64,000 nt of DNA from a virus. Its lineage: Duplodnaviria; Caudoviricetes. Below are positions 28,701 through 37,017 of this stretch, in pieces. The position numbers and the translations under genes are program-made. Within the stretch, counting starts at the first letter, position 1. Every line of letters begins with the position of its first letter. The notes under the pieces were generated by a model, which worked only from the letters and a program-made list of their open reading frames with translations, was not told the origin of the DNA and did no database searches. The stretch covers positions 1 to 64,000 of the IMG/VR virus record IMGVR_UViG_3300031519_004326; one strand, given 5' to 3'.

Positions 28701-31415
28701 GCAGGCGAAAACGGTATTACTAGAGCTGTATCATTTAGTCAAATTGTTGACGAAGGCGGAGCACTACAAGATAAAGACTTTAACAACAGTCAACTAGTAA
28801 CTATTGCTGGAACGATTATTACTACTACTGGTGAAATTACTTTACCAGACGGTACTAACATTACACAGGTAGGTAATGCAGGAGCTACAGGTACTGTACA
28901 AGGTGACGTTAATACAGAGAACAAAGTAGTATTAGTTAGCGTAAGTGGAACCTTTAATACCACTGGACAACTTCAAATTGTTAGCGGCAGCGCCCAAGGC
29001 GTAGCTAGTGTTCCAACTGGTGTTGTTAGTTCACAAAACTTGTTAGGATCAGCATTAACTAAAATTGCTGACGGTATATACGGCGCAACACCAATAACTA
29101 ACGTTGGTGCAGATGATAGTCTTGTTAGAACACTACAAACAGGTGATACATATGCTACTATTGATAACAATCTTGATATTGGTGGTTGGATTGATGTTAG
29201 AGGTTTAATTGTAGACGGTCGACGTGCTGTTGACTTTAACCCAAGTACTTCACAGTTAGAACTTTGGACACCGGGTGATCAACTTTCGTTGACATTAGAA
29301 GGTTCAACGCCAGGTGCTGGACAATCTGTCAAGCATAACATTAAAGCACCTACATCAAGTTTACAACTTGGTAGTACAATAATTGATAAGAGTGAAGTTG
29401 ACTATGCAGGGTTTGCAAGTGACTTTATGGCTAACAGTGGTATACATAAAGATGAGCCGTATTTAAATACTCCTTGGATGTTTACAAATTATATCCAGGC
29501 GCCAGGAGACCTAGGCCAAACAGGTACAGGTATTTCAATTGGTGCAGGAGGTAGACATACTGCTGCTGATGAAATTGCACTTGTAGTTAACGGTGCAGGG
29601 TCTGACAGTGTTCTTATTAAATATGCACAAATTACACTAGGTGTAAACGGTGCGATTCGTCAAACTATTGCAGACGGTACAACTACTATTAATAATAGTT
29701 TAAATGTTAATAGTGGTGCTAATACTAAGTTTAGTGTTGCTAATGCTACAGGTAATACAAGAGTATACGGTACATTCCGCGCAGACGGTGCTACTACATT
29801 AAACGGCAACGTTACATTAGGTAATGCTGCTTCTGACACTGTAACATTTACAGCTGATGTTGCAAGTAATATGATACCAAGTGTAAACGATACTTATGAT
29901 TTAGGTGCTGGTACTATGGCGTGGAAGGATTTATATCTTTCCGAAAGTATAAACTTTAAAGGTGCAACAGGCGAAAACGAAATTGTAGTTCCAACTAACC
30001 TAGCAGATGCATTAAGCATCAAAGATAGTGCAGGCGACTTAATTGTATTAACAACTACAACAAATGGGCAACGTGTAACTGTTACACCAAACACTACTAT
30101 TAGTGGTACACTGGACGTAACCGGCGCAGTAAACTTAAACGCCACTACAGCTAGTTCAAGTACTGCTACTGGTGCATTGATTGTAGACGGTGGTGTAGGT
30201 ATTGCTGAAAACACACATATTGGCGGTACACTGAACGTAACTGGTACAATTACTGGTAGTGTAACTGGCAACATTGATGGACAAGTAACTGACATATCAA
30301 ACCACAATACTAGTAACTTATCTGAAGATCCTGATGCAACAGGAGCAACTGGTACAATGTACCATACGACTGCAAGAGCTAGAGGAGCCATAAGTGCGAG
30401 TGGTTCTTTATCATATGTTGCTTCAACTGGAATTATGTCATACACTGAACGTACTGATGCAACCATACGTGGATTGATTAGTGCAAGTGGTGATATATCA
30501 TACAACAATACAACTGGTGTTATTAGTTATAGTGACCCAGCACCTAGAACTGATGCTGCCATACGTGGATTGATTAGTGCAACTGGTGATATTAGTTATG
30601 ACGAATCCACTGGTGTTATTAGTTACACAGATTCAGATAGAAGTGATGCAACAATTAGAGGTTTGTTGAGTGCTGCAAATTCCGGCACCGGATATGGTAG
30701 TCTATCATATGCTGCCGCAACTGGTGTGTTTACTTTTGCAAAAGTAACTTCAGCTAATATTAGAGATCAATTTAGTGCTAGTACAGGTATTGAAATTAGT
30801 GCTGCTGGTGCGATATCGGCCACTGGTGCAGGTACAGCAGCTAGTGCATCAGCAATAACTACAACTAATGCTAATGCAGCCAGTGCAAGTACTTGGTACC
30901 CTACATTTGTTGACGGAGCTGGTGCTACTAAAGCAATGCAAGTTGATACTAATGCTGCAACCGGACTAAGTTATGTTCCTAGTAGTTCGACACTAAAAGC
31001 AAGTGTTTTTAGTGGTACAGCATCATCTGCAAATTATGCGGATTTGGCGGAGAAATATGTTGCAGATATTGCATACGAGCCAGGCACAGTATTAGTATTT
31101 GGTGGTGACAACGAAGTTACAATTTGTGCAGAAAAAGGTGATCGTAAGGTTGCTGGTATTGTGTCAACAGATCCAGCTTACTTAATGAACAATGCACTAG
31201 AAGGTGACACTGTTGTACCATTAGCACTAACAGGGCGTGTGCCGTGTAATGTAATTGGTACAGTTGCTAAAGGCGATATGCTTGTAACTAGTGCTGTTCC
31301 AGGATATGCTATTGTAAATAATGATCCTAAACTAGGTACAGTACTTGGTAAAGCAGTAGGCACAAAAGATACCGAAGGCAGAGGTGTTGTTGAAGTCGTT
31401 GTAGGGCGTATGTAA
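19722..31415 (+). CDS. giant (3897 aa) virion fibre/baseplate protein with C-terminal intramolecular chaperone (peptidase G2-like)
   Basis: T4 gp9/gp10-like N-terminus NDGTGDSIRESFRKTNENF; fibre repeats; C-terminal NYADLAEKY...GRVPCNVIG...GDMLVTS. Confidence 0.85.
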   Translation: MAKKEINIGVEGNDGTGDSIRESFRKTNENFNELYAVIGEGGQIGLTDLSGVAIDSFENFPSTDSAPVLAGINNDTQGSQLEFFRLVSDNFVDPAIDDSIAFDVSRTDTDGRPVIVVKSVKSSVSSDPNPTLAGNLNLSGKIAYNTASSALWKQLAEDDGFTEDDVLIDKAFADATYLKSTGSGTGSQLRVRTEGDVNIEDYAYTIASYDASGRIVINDRYQSGVLIVGDGHGLDTAANGAPFAYSTTGTSAVDTSISPSRTLNDITEFPESKFFIRVVDSTTLSLHITEADAKAGANVLNAAGGSGVQALTDFFYQPDDLSGKFLANEAIPRQSAVRRQGDQMDGALYLKDHPGELAGVGTPNGLEDLQAATKFYVDNTSFASNINIFVSTSGDDTQASTPAGKEGRSLAYAYKSVNAAARKAEEIVIASRVEPGPYMQTIKYGVNDASLVPAKVYSAVFDAALKADYGAQTEKFNLLINQNLDFVVAETIDWVTAQITAANADITLTPDDDEYIWKNFAYNEETCARDLRLIIGAVRLDTLSGLTANKLSRNAGIRYYSNSSGRLAVTAQLPQTVATINKAKELVTSYVLTNDAYPNPLNSDFSQYFDVGLVDAPSAAVDRFESLVGNIVSIMTNGLPAYDAIDLNEGAPYVIKITNGGNDSVWQGKASNTDLIPGKVITGSRSGAIGRIVSYDRDQNDGTNTDVIELILEEPIEFLIDNAGRDIQNTEVANALGDVLEYGNRVSEKQIAIKIESGIYYEDYPIKVSSQVSIVGDEMRRSIIRPKNRVSQSKWADTYFYRDKYFDGLTLHNNTVTYENEATLSLAGGVLNAYIGDILTQANSFSYNEAKCRRDLDYILTQAGFDITLGTNYNAVTQGLAYQRASGAVVQASQLSQELAAVGFAGNLVAQLTEVADNSTTLSRSSAYFAEVLDIIENGTVDTENSANSLIFPDDASFDSNLVAARDKLQANRAFLKAEVIAHITNNTSPPAGWDTSLLNLHVGFWTDALTYDVLYGGNDASTTQARLYFTGGAPTGGTINLSAAQQTVVVGAVNHLQSIISNIVTGVAITKATGNSASQITSGSNASASQGSTINANLAIIKTAVSGQSDSTLGTPTLPSVTFAAQSLRDAKGDIEANLLSGDAAVNIVDRTIEFIDSNSGIRATVLENVTNATSVAIRYSDGYNPAGADVSASSQFNFNDDVVLNGVTQTSLKVTSQDTTRTIDFDMGWHYASDSTKPINTSSATSINNIGLRDQAAELMRQNKINIQDEVYSWMDEQATAAQATGFGTWAQVTLELAGTVAVVKGETITQTTTGASGVVKEAPINAGGQTTVILVSPSSAFSLANAMTGSVSGTLGVGSVPVSATVGKFTFTTKCYRDIGYIVDALANDLLKGRNEDSMEVQGLYYEGAVETGQEEITTQAISHIKSIAESLLNIAAPQAPAGSTLTWKLGYPAAEAGASGVVTNLIDTIVYAFNPEYNAPKNNREMDVFLMNDATIIRNCTVQGHGGFMTVLDPNGQILTKSPYIQTGSSFAQSANKQAFRGGMFVDGFNGNMPLEIVEVKNGDPFRLYARSKRSQVQVNGVGVGHGLFTRRPELPAPFYVNGVRYQVNAISAYNSTLGTCELILDKNSGTKDGNENGEGWLGPVTNYTLVGGVRTPVYGPATNYPTILQTAGNRSQLGNDFTQINDLGYGLLVTNTGLSEMVGMFTYYCHAAYYANNGSEIRSVGGSNAYGNFGLVAAGSDPNEVAQTGTLAYNTAQTAKVYRNDGGQFYAEAEQNYVYVYDTDFTPLPEGEIDITFTNRKALISFTGTNTVNLTGHGYKTGQKITISDTAGVTGLNDDHYITAVDANSFTLFSDAALSSARSFTGSLSTLGTAYPADEEGTDIRKFEVVNVIPAVIEDGIPAVNQQEFTLSSGITAYYGDTVTQQTSGAVGTVVRPQRTADVDGNVVGGTTLFVTQPDGATAFNTTNAIKVTDVYEGTDSTEFTDAVTISTIDSTADTSGLPLKGGNGAVWKLTFSNQTTDNTSATGGLLYKLYGGERVVVRQRAKLTLENIESVPIRPSTAVVFAESSKVYRSLNFDRATISNWNSTADAEMPAGFNTLTFDNNYQYILSTVSYDRYSANVLLELGAAVSVTKGDIITQGSASGVATETVVGTTTIYVGGWNGTSYTAVSGGDISIAGVAAAGSQPSAVTEFSASSTFGSTAGDTLIAITSPITDPDGLNRLKNADMIFGWKDRVHVIKAYHDGAGTATGAPAGSSLVTGFAYLEIDSTPLVNKNTQSSPTPPGTGIARPLRLGGEIGQVVLSIGTQSGESAEITVNISLNRATGHDFSNIGTGGFNTSNYPNIIFGQPAESKAEAYTNEDIAEKSQVWEKGKGRVFVMSTDEDGFFRVGKFFEVDQGTGTVKFAAQINISGLDGLGFRDGETINKFTGDSGMSPIDNSTVPTSYAVEQYLDRRLGFDRNMNAKTAILGDGFLPQKNPLLTQTLDVNGNPDHTLNMVSGRVVQLGDPVQDLDAANKQYVDKRVFANDEIQELRDIELNNTSFENEYGKNDMIVLTGNKRVYVKQTTGNPDDWRVGNLVTGVATDTAAYIEDLEAKTLDNGEEIWILSYKPLQITSVTTSGNNGNLDAQRGYKLVQLNSGATGEILWSQGQSSTNESRSKTQGNQFKLINVTGTFTTNTADTLSVLNLVNADATETASIYPLAVTVQGLQDFDNEKIEDTNGAYGDTTGGFDGAPVTTTLEFGNASEANSTADDGAPGTATRSDINIEVERVRATQNNTTGDITDPGSVKVNLQLQDEAIVNTDVNNSADIAQSKLLMNNAPVLANSDSLDDGSTSGQRTKQANQGLAAFDSSAFAEDQVWTLIGTDAQAFVSALSVDDIITQNSGTKVAYVDAIINSSNPYQIRVRTASSFVIGNAGVNRLTRITVNEGDYTKNAAAQSLTTVSAVLNTGFINIKDRGITFDKIQDLPEKTVIGRADIDFDGNQEGAGENGITRAVSFSQIVDEGGALQDKDFNNSQLVTIAGTIITTTGEITLPDGTNITQVGNAGATGTVQGDVNTENKVVLVSVSGTFNTTGQLQIVSGSAQGVASVPTGVVSSQNLLGSALTKIADGIYGATPITNVGADDSLVRTLQTGDTYATIDNNLDIGGWIDVRGLIVDGRRAVDFNPSTSQLELWTPGDQLSLTLEGSTPGAGQSVKHNIKAPTSSLQLGSTIIDKSEVDYAGFASDFMANSGIHKDEPYLNTPWMFTNYIQAPGDLGQTGTGISIGAGGRHTAADEIALVVNGAGSDSVLIKYAQITLGVNGAIRQTIADGTTTINNSLNVNSGANTKFSVANATGNTRVYGTFRADGATTLNGNVTLGNAASDTVTFTADVASNMIPSVNDTYDLGAGTMAWKDLYLSESINFKGATGENEIVVPTNLADALSIKDSAGDLIVLTTTTNGQRVTVTPNTTISGTLDVTGAVNLNATTASSSTATGALIVDGGVGIAENTHIGGTLNVTGTITGSVTGNIDGQVTDISNHNTSNLSEDPDATGATGTMYHTTARARGAISASGSLSYVASTGIMSYTERTDATIRGLISASGDISYNNTTGVISYSDPAPRTDAAIRGLISATGDISYDESTGVISYTDSDRSDATIRGLLSAANSGTGYGSLSYAAATGVFTFAKVTSANIRDQFSASTGIEISAAGAISATGAGTAASASAITTTNANAASASTWYPTFVDGAGATKAMQVDTNAATGLSYVPSSSTLKASVFSGTASSANYADLAEKYVADIAYEPGTVLVFGGDNEVTICAEKGDRKVAGIVSTDPAYLMNNALEGDTVVPLALTGRVPCNVIGTVAKGDMLVTSAVPGYAIVNNDPKLGTVLGKAVGTKDTEGRGVVEVVVGRM
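30370..30780 (+). repeat. coding repeats of about 26-30 aa in the fibre (R.DA.IRGLISA.GDISY...TGVISY)
   Basis: Four to five imperfect copies; nucleotide echo ATACGTGGATTGATTAGTGCAA near 30466 and 30561. Confidence 0.75.
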
Positions 31416-31440
31416 TAAATACAGTATAGGAGACAAGTAT

Positions 31441-32166
31441 ATGGCGATTCAAACAATAAACCTTGGCAGTGTAGCAAACGACGGCACAGGTGATGATCTA
31501 AGAGAAGCGTTTGAAAAGATAGTTTTTAATTTTGACGACCTTGACAATCGTACACCTGAAGCAACTACAGTAGTTAATTTAGGAACTGGTGAGGGGCTGT
31601 TTTCAAACAAAAGTGATGCAGAACTAAGATTCAAATCATTAGTAGGCGGAAACAATGTTACCCTTTCGTCTGATACAAACGAACTCACTGTTAACGTTGA
31701 TGCTGGGGTTACTCAGTTTGATGTTGCAGCTGATACTGGTAGTGTCACTATTACAGAAAATGCTACACTAACTATAGCCGGCGGAACCCTTATAAGCACA
31801 TCTAGAGCTGGTAATATTATTACTGTAAACTCTAGTGCGTTAAGTAAGGTTGAAGACGACCCTGCACCAAAGTTAGCAGCAGGATTAAATGCTGATGGAA
31901 ACAATTTGGGCAACGTTGGATTAATAAATGCAACAACAGTAACAGCAAATTTTAACGGAAACCTTACAGGAAATGTACACGGTATTGACGTACGAGATCT
32001 TAATTATTATAGGCAGAGCGAAAATAGTTGGGACTTTAGCAGCATTGCACCTGTAGCAGTAACAACGTTATGGGACTTCTTATTTGCTACTAATGACGTT
32101 GATTTTGGCAGCATTGCCGGTAATAACCTTAATGTAAGTTTAGATCTTGGCACTATCAACATCTAA
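31441..32166 (+). CDS. virion baseplate/fibre protein
   Basis: N-terminus NDGTGDDLREAFEKIVFNF paralogous to 19722; late box upstream. Confidence 0.75.
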   Translation: MAIQTINLGSVANDGTGDDLREAFEKIVFNFDDLDNRTPEATTVVNLGTGEGLFSNKSDAELRFKSLVGGNNVTLSSDTNELTVNVDAGVTQFDVAADTGSVTITENATLTIAGGTLISTSRAGNIITVNSSALSKVEDDPAPKLAAGLNADGNNLGNVGLINATTVTANFNGNLTGNVHGIDVRDLNYYRQSENSWDFSSIAPVAVTTLWDFLFATNDVDFGSIAGNNLNVSLDLGTINI

Positions 32167-32203
32167 TTTTTCGATAAATATTGCTATATAAAGGAATTCG
32201 TGT

Positions 32204-35149
32204 ATGGCATTATGGACCGCATCTAATAACTTACTACTTCGACAAATTGAAGAAGGTAAAACTCTTAGAGAACCAACCGAAGGTGAATCTCGAGCAGCCA
32301 ATCTTCAACCAATTGATCTCGATGTTGTATCAGGCTCCGCTTTAAAAATAATTGGCGGTACGCTTCCTCCTGGGTTAAGGATTGTAGATCAAAAAATACA
32401 AGGAACACCTTTTGAGGTTGCACGAGAAACAGAATTTAAATTCGTAGTTAGGGCAAGCAAAGATAGCGAAATAGATGATCGAACATTTAGAATAAATGTT
32501 GTTGGTGCAGATTTACCTGTATGGGGAACAAGTGCTGGTTCATTGCCAATCGGTAAGAACAACACATACTACATACTTGATAACAGTCCTATAGATTTTC
32601 AGTTAATTGCAACTGACAGTGACATTGCAGCAGGACAAACATTAGAATATTTTGTTGCAAGCGGCGACGGTGAACTTCCGCCAGGAATACAACTTACCCG
32701 AGACGGACGAATAGTAGGTGTTGTAGATCCTGTTCTTGCAATTGATACACTTGCAAATAGCGGATACTATGATTCAAATTCTTACGGTGAATATCCTTTT
32801 GATTTTGGTGTAAGAAGTGCTAATGGGTACGACAGCTTTTTTTACGATATTAAATTTTATGACAAAAGTATTGCTACTAAATCACCTAAGAAATTAAACA
32901 GAAACTATCAATTCCGTGTTAGTGTCAGCGACGGTGATACAATTGAGAAAAGATTATTTAGAATATTTGTTGTGGGGGATGACTTCCTACGTGCAGATAA
33001 TACTATTATGCAATCAGGCAATACGTTGTTTGGTGCTGACGCTTCTCATATTAGAACTCCAATATGGTTAACACCTGCAGATTTAGGATACAGACGAGCT
33101 GACAACTATGTTACTTTATATATGGACATAATTGATGCTTCTGATATTGTAGGATTTGTAAATTATACCCTTGAAGATTTTAATGATGACGGTAGTGAAA
33201 GTATTATACCTCCAGGAATAGAACTAGATTCCGGAAGTGGCGAATTAGCTGGCGTTGTACCATATCAGCCTAGTGTTACTAAAGAATATAAGTTTACTGT
33301 ACGTGCTACTCGATACGTAGGTCCTGCTACTAATACTGCACAGATTAATTTTACAACATACGAAGAAACATTTGCTCAAACAAGAACACCGGCTGTTAAA
33401 ATAATAAGAAACAACTTGTACGAGATTTTAACTGTTGAAAATACAGACTTTACAACAATAGGTGCTCCTAATAATACTGTTGGAACACAATTTAGAGCAT
33501 CGGGTGCAACTTCAGGAAAAGGTACTGTTAAACAAGCATCAGGCCCATACAAGTTAAAAATTAATAAAAAATCTAATATTGAAGTATTGCTAGACCAAAC
33601 CTTTAATATTAAAGGTACTATTTTTAAAATTACAACAATTAATAATAAAAATCCATTATACGATGTACTAACACTTTCTAAGCCTTTAGATGCATATCTA
33701 AAGAAAGATGAAACGTTTACTAAAACAATAGTAACTGCAACAGTAGACACAAACTCTGCATTTAAAAATAAAACATTCACTGTTAAACTGCTAGGCAAGA
33801 TTGACTCACGTATTGTTTGGCAAAGCGTTAAAGCACTAGGTACAATTAATGCAAACTTAACTAGTACACTTAATGTCCGGGCAACTACTAGCGTTCCTAA
33901 TGCTGTTGTAAGATATAGTAAAATTAGTGGAAGATTGCCAAATGGGTTACGTATATCAATTGATGGTGAGATCTCTGGCAAGGTACAACAGTTTGGCGAA
34001 AACGTATATAAAAGTTTTTGGAAACCTGCTAGAAATTATGTAGCAAATGACATTGTAAAAGTTAATACAACTTTATATAAATGCTTAATTGCTCATACGT
34101 CAGATGCTGACTTTGTTACTGATACAGCCAAGTGGGAAGTGTACGAAGCATTTGCAGTATCTGGGCTAACAACATTTGACGGGAATGATAATATTCTTGA
34201 TTCCGGCACAACTTCAATTGACAAAACATACACGTTTACTGTTCAAGCAGAAGATCAGTTTGGCTTTAGTGCTACTACTAAGTCGTTTACTATAGCAATT
34301 AACGATCCAAACGAATTAACATTTAGTAACATTTATATTAAACCATTTTTAGGTGCATCGCAACAATTTATATACAATAGTTTTATTAGTGATCCTATTG
34401 TGTTTACTCCGTCTTCAATCTATCGACCAAACGATACAGAATTTGGTTTACAGAAAGATTTACGGATGTTAATGTATGCAGGTATTGAAAATGTTGAAAT
34501 GGATAAATTTGTTGGTGCTGCTGCAAAAAATCATCGTAAAAAACAGTTTCAATTTGGTGAAGTAAAAACAGCAGTAGCATACGCTCCGGGTACACGAGAT
34601 GCAGTATACGAAGTAGTATATGTTGATATCATTGATCCACTAGACAGTAATAGCGGCACTGTTAAACAAAGTATTAATGTAAAAACAAATAACAAACGTC
34701 TTATAAACAATGGTAGTTACGAAGAAAATGATAATACTTCAACTACTATAAACCAAGAGCCGGATAGGTTTCGACCAATTACAAATACACTAAAAATTGA
34801 CAGTGATGCCATAAGCATTGACGAATCTACGCAAACTAAAAAATATATTAGTAATATTACTAATATGCGAGATAGAATTGCTCAAGTCGGAGTAACCGAT
34901 AATAACTTTTTACCACTGTGGATGCGTACACCGCAGTTAAATAACATCGAAGAACTAGGGTATATTCCTTGTGTTGTTCTTGCATATTGTAAGCCCGGCA
35001 CATCGAGAGATATATTCTTAAATATAAAAAATAATAATTTTATATTTAATTCAATCAATTTTGAAATAGATAGATACATTATAGACAGCACTAAAGGTAA
35101 GAGCAATGAGCAGTACATTGTTTTCGCAAATTATGATTTTAATATTTGA
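32204..35149 (+). CDS. virion protein with Ig-like repeats and a carbohydrate-binding-module-like insert
   Basis: Repeated LPPG(L/I).L...G.I.G units; WKPARNYVANDIV...YKCLIAHTS...KW; late box upstream. Confidence 0.7.
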   Translation: MALWTASNNLLLRQIEEGKTLREPTEGESRAANLQPIDLDVVSGSALKIIGGTLPPGLRIVDQKIQGTPFEVARETEFKFVVRASKDSEIDDRTFRINVVGADLPVWGTSAGSLPIGKNNTYYILDNSPIDFQLIATDSDIAAGQTLEYFVASGDGELPPGIQLTRDGRIVGVVDPVLAIDTLANSGYYDSNSYGEYPFDFGVRSANGYDSFFYDIKFYDKSIATKSPKKLNRNYQFRVSVSDGDTIEKRLFRIFVVGDDFLRADNTIMQSGNTLFGADASHIRTPIWLTPADLGYRRADNYVTLYMDIIDASDIVGFVNYTLEDFNDDGSESIIPPGIELDSGSGELAGVVPYQPSVTKEYKFTVRATRYVGPATNTAQINFTTYEETFAQTRTPAVKIIRNNLYEILTVENTDFTTIGAPNNTVGTQFRASGATSGKGTVKQASGPYKLKINKKSNIEVLLDQTFNIKGTIFKITTINNKNPLYDVLTLSKPLDAYLKKDETFTKTIVTATVDTNSAFKNKTFTVKLLGKIDSRIVWQSVKALGTINANLTSTLNVRATTSVPNAVVRYSKISGRLPNGLRISIDGEISGKVQQFGENVYKSFWKPARNYVANDIVKVNTTLYKCLIAHTSDADFVTDTAKWEVYEAFAVSGLTTFDGNDNILDSGTTSIDKTYTFTVQAEDQFGFSATTKSFTIAINDPNELTFSNIYIKPFLGASQQFIYNSFISDPIVFTPSSIYRPNDTEFGLQKDLRMLMYAGIENVEMDKFVGAAAKNHRKKQFQFGEVKTAVAYAPGTRDAVYEVVYVDIIDPLDSNSGTVKQSINVKTNNKRLINNGSYEENDNTSTTINQEPDRFRPITNTLKIDSDAISIDESTQTKKYISNITNMRDRIAQVGVTDNNFLPLWMRTPQLNNIEELGYIPCVVLAYCKPGTSRDIFLNIKNNNFIFNSINFEIDRYIIDSTKGKSNEQYIVFANYDFNI

Positions 35150-35180
35150 TAACATAAATACTGTACTAGGAGAATAAACA

Positions 35181-35801
35181 ATGTCAGCCATACCAGGAAA
35201 TAATATAGTAAACGTTGCAGATTTGGACACAGCTTTCCCTGTTCCGGGGCAAGACAACGATTCGCAAGGTTTTAGAGATAACTTTACAGTAATTGATAAT
35301 AACTTTACATCAACAAAAGCAAGACTTGAAGATTTAGAAGCAAATGCAGTACGTGTTGATTCAACAGGTGCTGGCACTTATGCAACCACAAACGTGTTTG
35401 AAGACCTAAGTAGCGGCGGAACTGCAAGACTCACTAAGCCTACACTACAGGCTCAGAGAGAAGTTGTAAAATCTTATTCTAGTGTAACCGGAACACAAAT
35501 TGTAGATTTTGACGAAGGTAACTTCCATACTATTGCAATGACTGGTAATACTACACTTAACTTTAGTAATGTTCCAGATAGCGGATATTACGGGAAATTT
35601 ATATTACACATTACTTCAACTGGCACTAATAACTTAGAGTTTAGTAGTAGTCTTACACTACGAGTATTACAAGATAGCGCATCCCCGGCATTCTTTAACG
35701 GTACTACTCCTATCGCTCAAGGCGAAATGCACGTTGTAGAAATTTATACATATACAGGCAGTACTGAATACTTTGGTAGATATATTGGTCAATACTCGTA
35801 A
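35181..35801 (+). CDS. virion protein
   Basis: DNDSQGFRDNFTVIDNNF related to the baseplate-anchor motif; late box and AGGAG RBS. Confidence 0.65.
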   Translation: MSAIPGNNIVNVADLDTAFPVPGQDNDSQGFRDNFTVIDNNFTSTKARLEDLEANAVRVDSTGAGTYATTNVFEDLSSGGTARLTKPTLQAQREVVKSYSSVTGTQIVDFDEGNFHTIAMTGNTTLNFSNVPDSGYYGKFILHITSTGTNNLEFSSSLTLRVLQDSASPAFFNGTTPIAQGEMHVVEIYTYTGSTEYFGRYIGQYS

Positions 35802-36034
35802 TGCACCCATTATTTGAAGATACAACTGAACTATCTGACAATGACCTAGAAGAAAAAGTTATTGATTTAACTAAACGTTATTGGCAAACTTCTAATCCGC
35901 AAGCACAACAACAAATAACATTACTGATTGATAGCTATAGACTTGATTTAGAAACAAGAAGATCTCGTCAAAAACTTGCAAATGAAGCAATAAATAGTCA
36001 ATCAGAGCTTGACAAACTAATCAAAGTACGTTAA
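35801..36034 (+). CDS. hypothetical protein
   Basis: 77 aa, helical. Confidence 0.7.
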   Translation: MHPLFEDTTELSDNDLEEKVIDLTKRYWQTSNPQAQQQITLLIDSYRLDLETRRSRQKLANEAINSQSELDKLIKVR

Positions 36035-36037
36035 ACT
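36009..36037 (+). promoter_or_regulatory. sigma70-type promoter
   Basis: TTGACA-17 nt-TAAACT. Confidence 0.75.
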
Positions 36038-36043
36038 ATATGT

Positions 36044-36565
36044 ATGCTTATGAAAACAGACTCTCTAGGAATACCACGATTTACAAATAAAGACTTAGTT
36101 GATATGATCTATTCAGGTCACGTTGACAAATGTCACGTTGTATTGTGTGATCCTTCAGATGATATTGATAAGTTTAACGCAGCAATGCGTGAACAATACC
36201 TCCCCGAGCTTAAACAGTATATTCCAATAGATGTAGAACAGAAAGACTTTGACAATGCGTTACAGTCTGAATGGTTTATGCCTGATGAATATAAAACCCT
36301 TAGTGTAAATGAACTTGTGTTTGATCGCTGTAATACTCCAGAAGAACAAGAACGAGCTTATGAAGAATTACAAGAGTTTGGAAAGCGCGGTATGTACAAT
36401 CTATTACGTTATATGATCTATCTTGTAGACTTTATGCGTAAAAATAATATTGTATGGGGTGTAGGTAGAGGTTCAAGTGTAGCATCATATGTGCTATACT
36501 TAATAGGCGTACACAGAATTGATTCAATCCAGTATGACCTGGACTGGAGAGAGTTCTTGAGATAA
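36044..36565 (+). CDS. stand-alone DnaE (Pol III alpha)-like fragment lacking catalytic aspartates
   Basis: VWGVGRGSSVASYVLYLIGVHRIDSIQYDLDWREFL matches DnaE GPGRGS...D...FERFL; ORF stops there. Confidence 0.8.
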   Translation: MLMKTDSLGIPRFTNKDLVDMIYSGHVDKCHVVLCDPSDDIDKFNAAMREQYLPELKQYIPIDVEQKDFDNALQSEWFMPDEYKTLSVNELVFDRCNTPEEQERAYEELQEFGKRGMYNLLRYMIYLVDFMRKNNIVWGVGRGSSVASYVLYLIGVHRIDSIQYDLDWREFLR

Positions 36566-36594
36566 ATACGTATATAATTCATAGGAGAATTAAA

Positions 36595-37017
36595 ATGGCA
36601 CTTAAAAATAATGCAAGACAAACTTATAGAACTATGCGAGGAAAAACTGTTGATATGGATTTGTTACAACAACGTAACGAATTAACTCCAGCAGTTGGCA
36701 ATGCTCGTGTAAACGCACGTGGCGACGAATTAGGTCCTGGTGGGAAAATTATTCGAAAGAAAGAAGATATCCTTAACGACTATTATGAAAATTCTGATCG
36801 TTTACCTGATGTACCGATGCCTACTAAGGCAGCAGACGCAGCAGTAAAAACAGATCCAGAGTCTAGTAAAGCAGCACCTAAAGGAAAATCCAGAGCTCAA
36901 CAAAAAGTTGAAGCAAAAGGTATTGAAGAAGATCCTAAAATGGCTGCTGAATTTGGCGACGATGACGAATGGGTTGAAGACGACAGCGGGAATTTTGTAC
37001 CAAAAAGCGAGGCGTAA
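36595..37017 (+). CDS. hypothetical late protein
   Basis: AGGAG RBS, late box at 36562. Confidence 0.75.
   Translation: MALKNNARQTYRTMRGKTVDMDLLQQRNELTPAVGNARVNARGDELGPGGKIIRKKEDILNDYYENSDRLPDVPMPTKAADAAVKTDPESSKAAPKGKSRAQQKVEAKGIEEDPKMAAEFGDDDEWVEDDSGNFVPKSEA

Noticed and set aside
30370-30780. CRISPR array or diversity-generating retroelement
   Set aside because: Repeats are degenerate, in frame and protein-level; no constant repeat with unique spacers, no cas or reverse transcriptase, no template/variable repeat pair.
36044-36565. dnaE pseudogene
   Set aside because: Own promoter, clean start and stop, divergent N-terminal part, and no remnant of the missing domains downstream; treated as a maintained gene.
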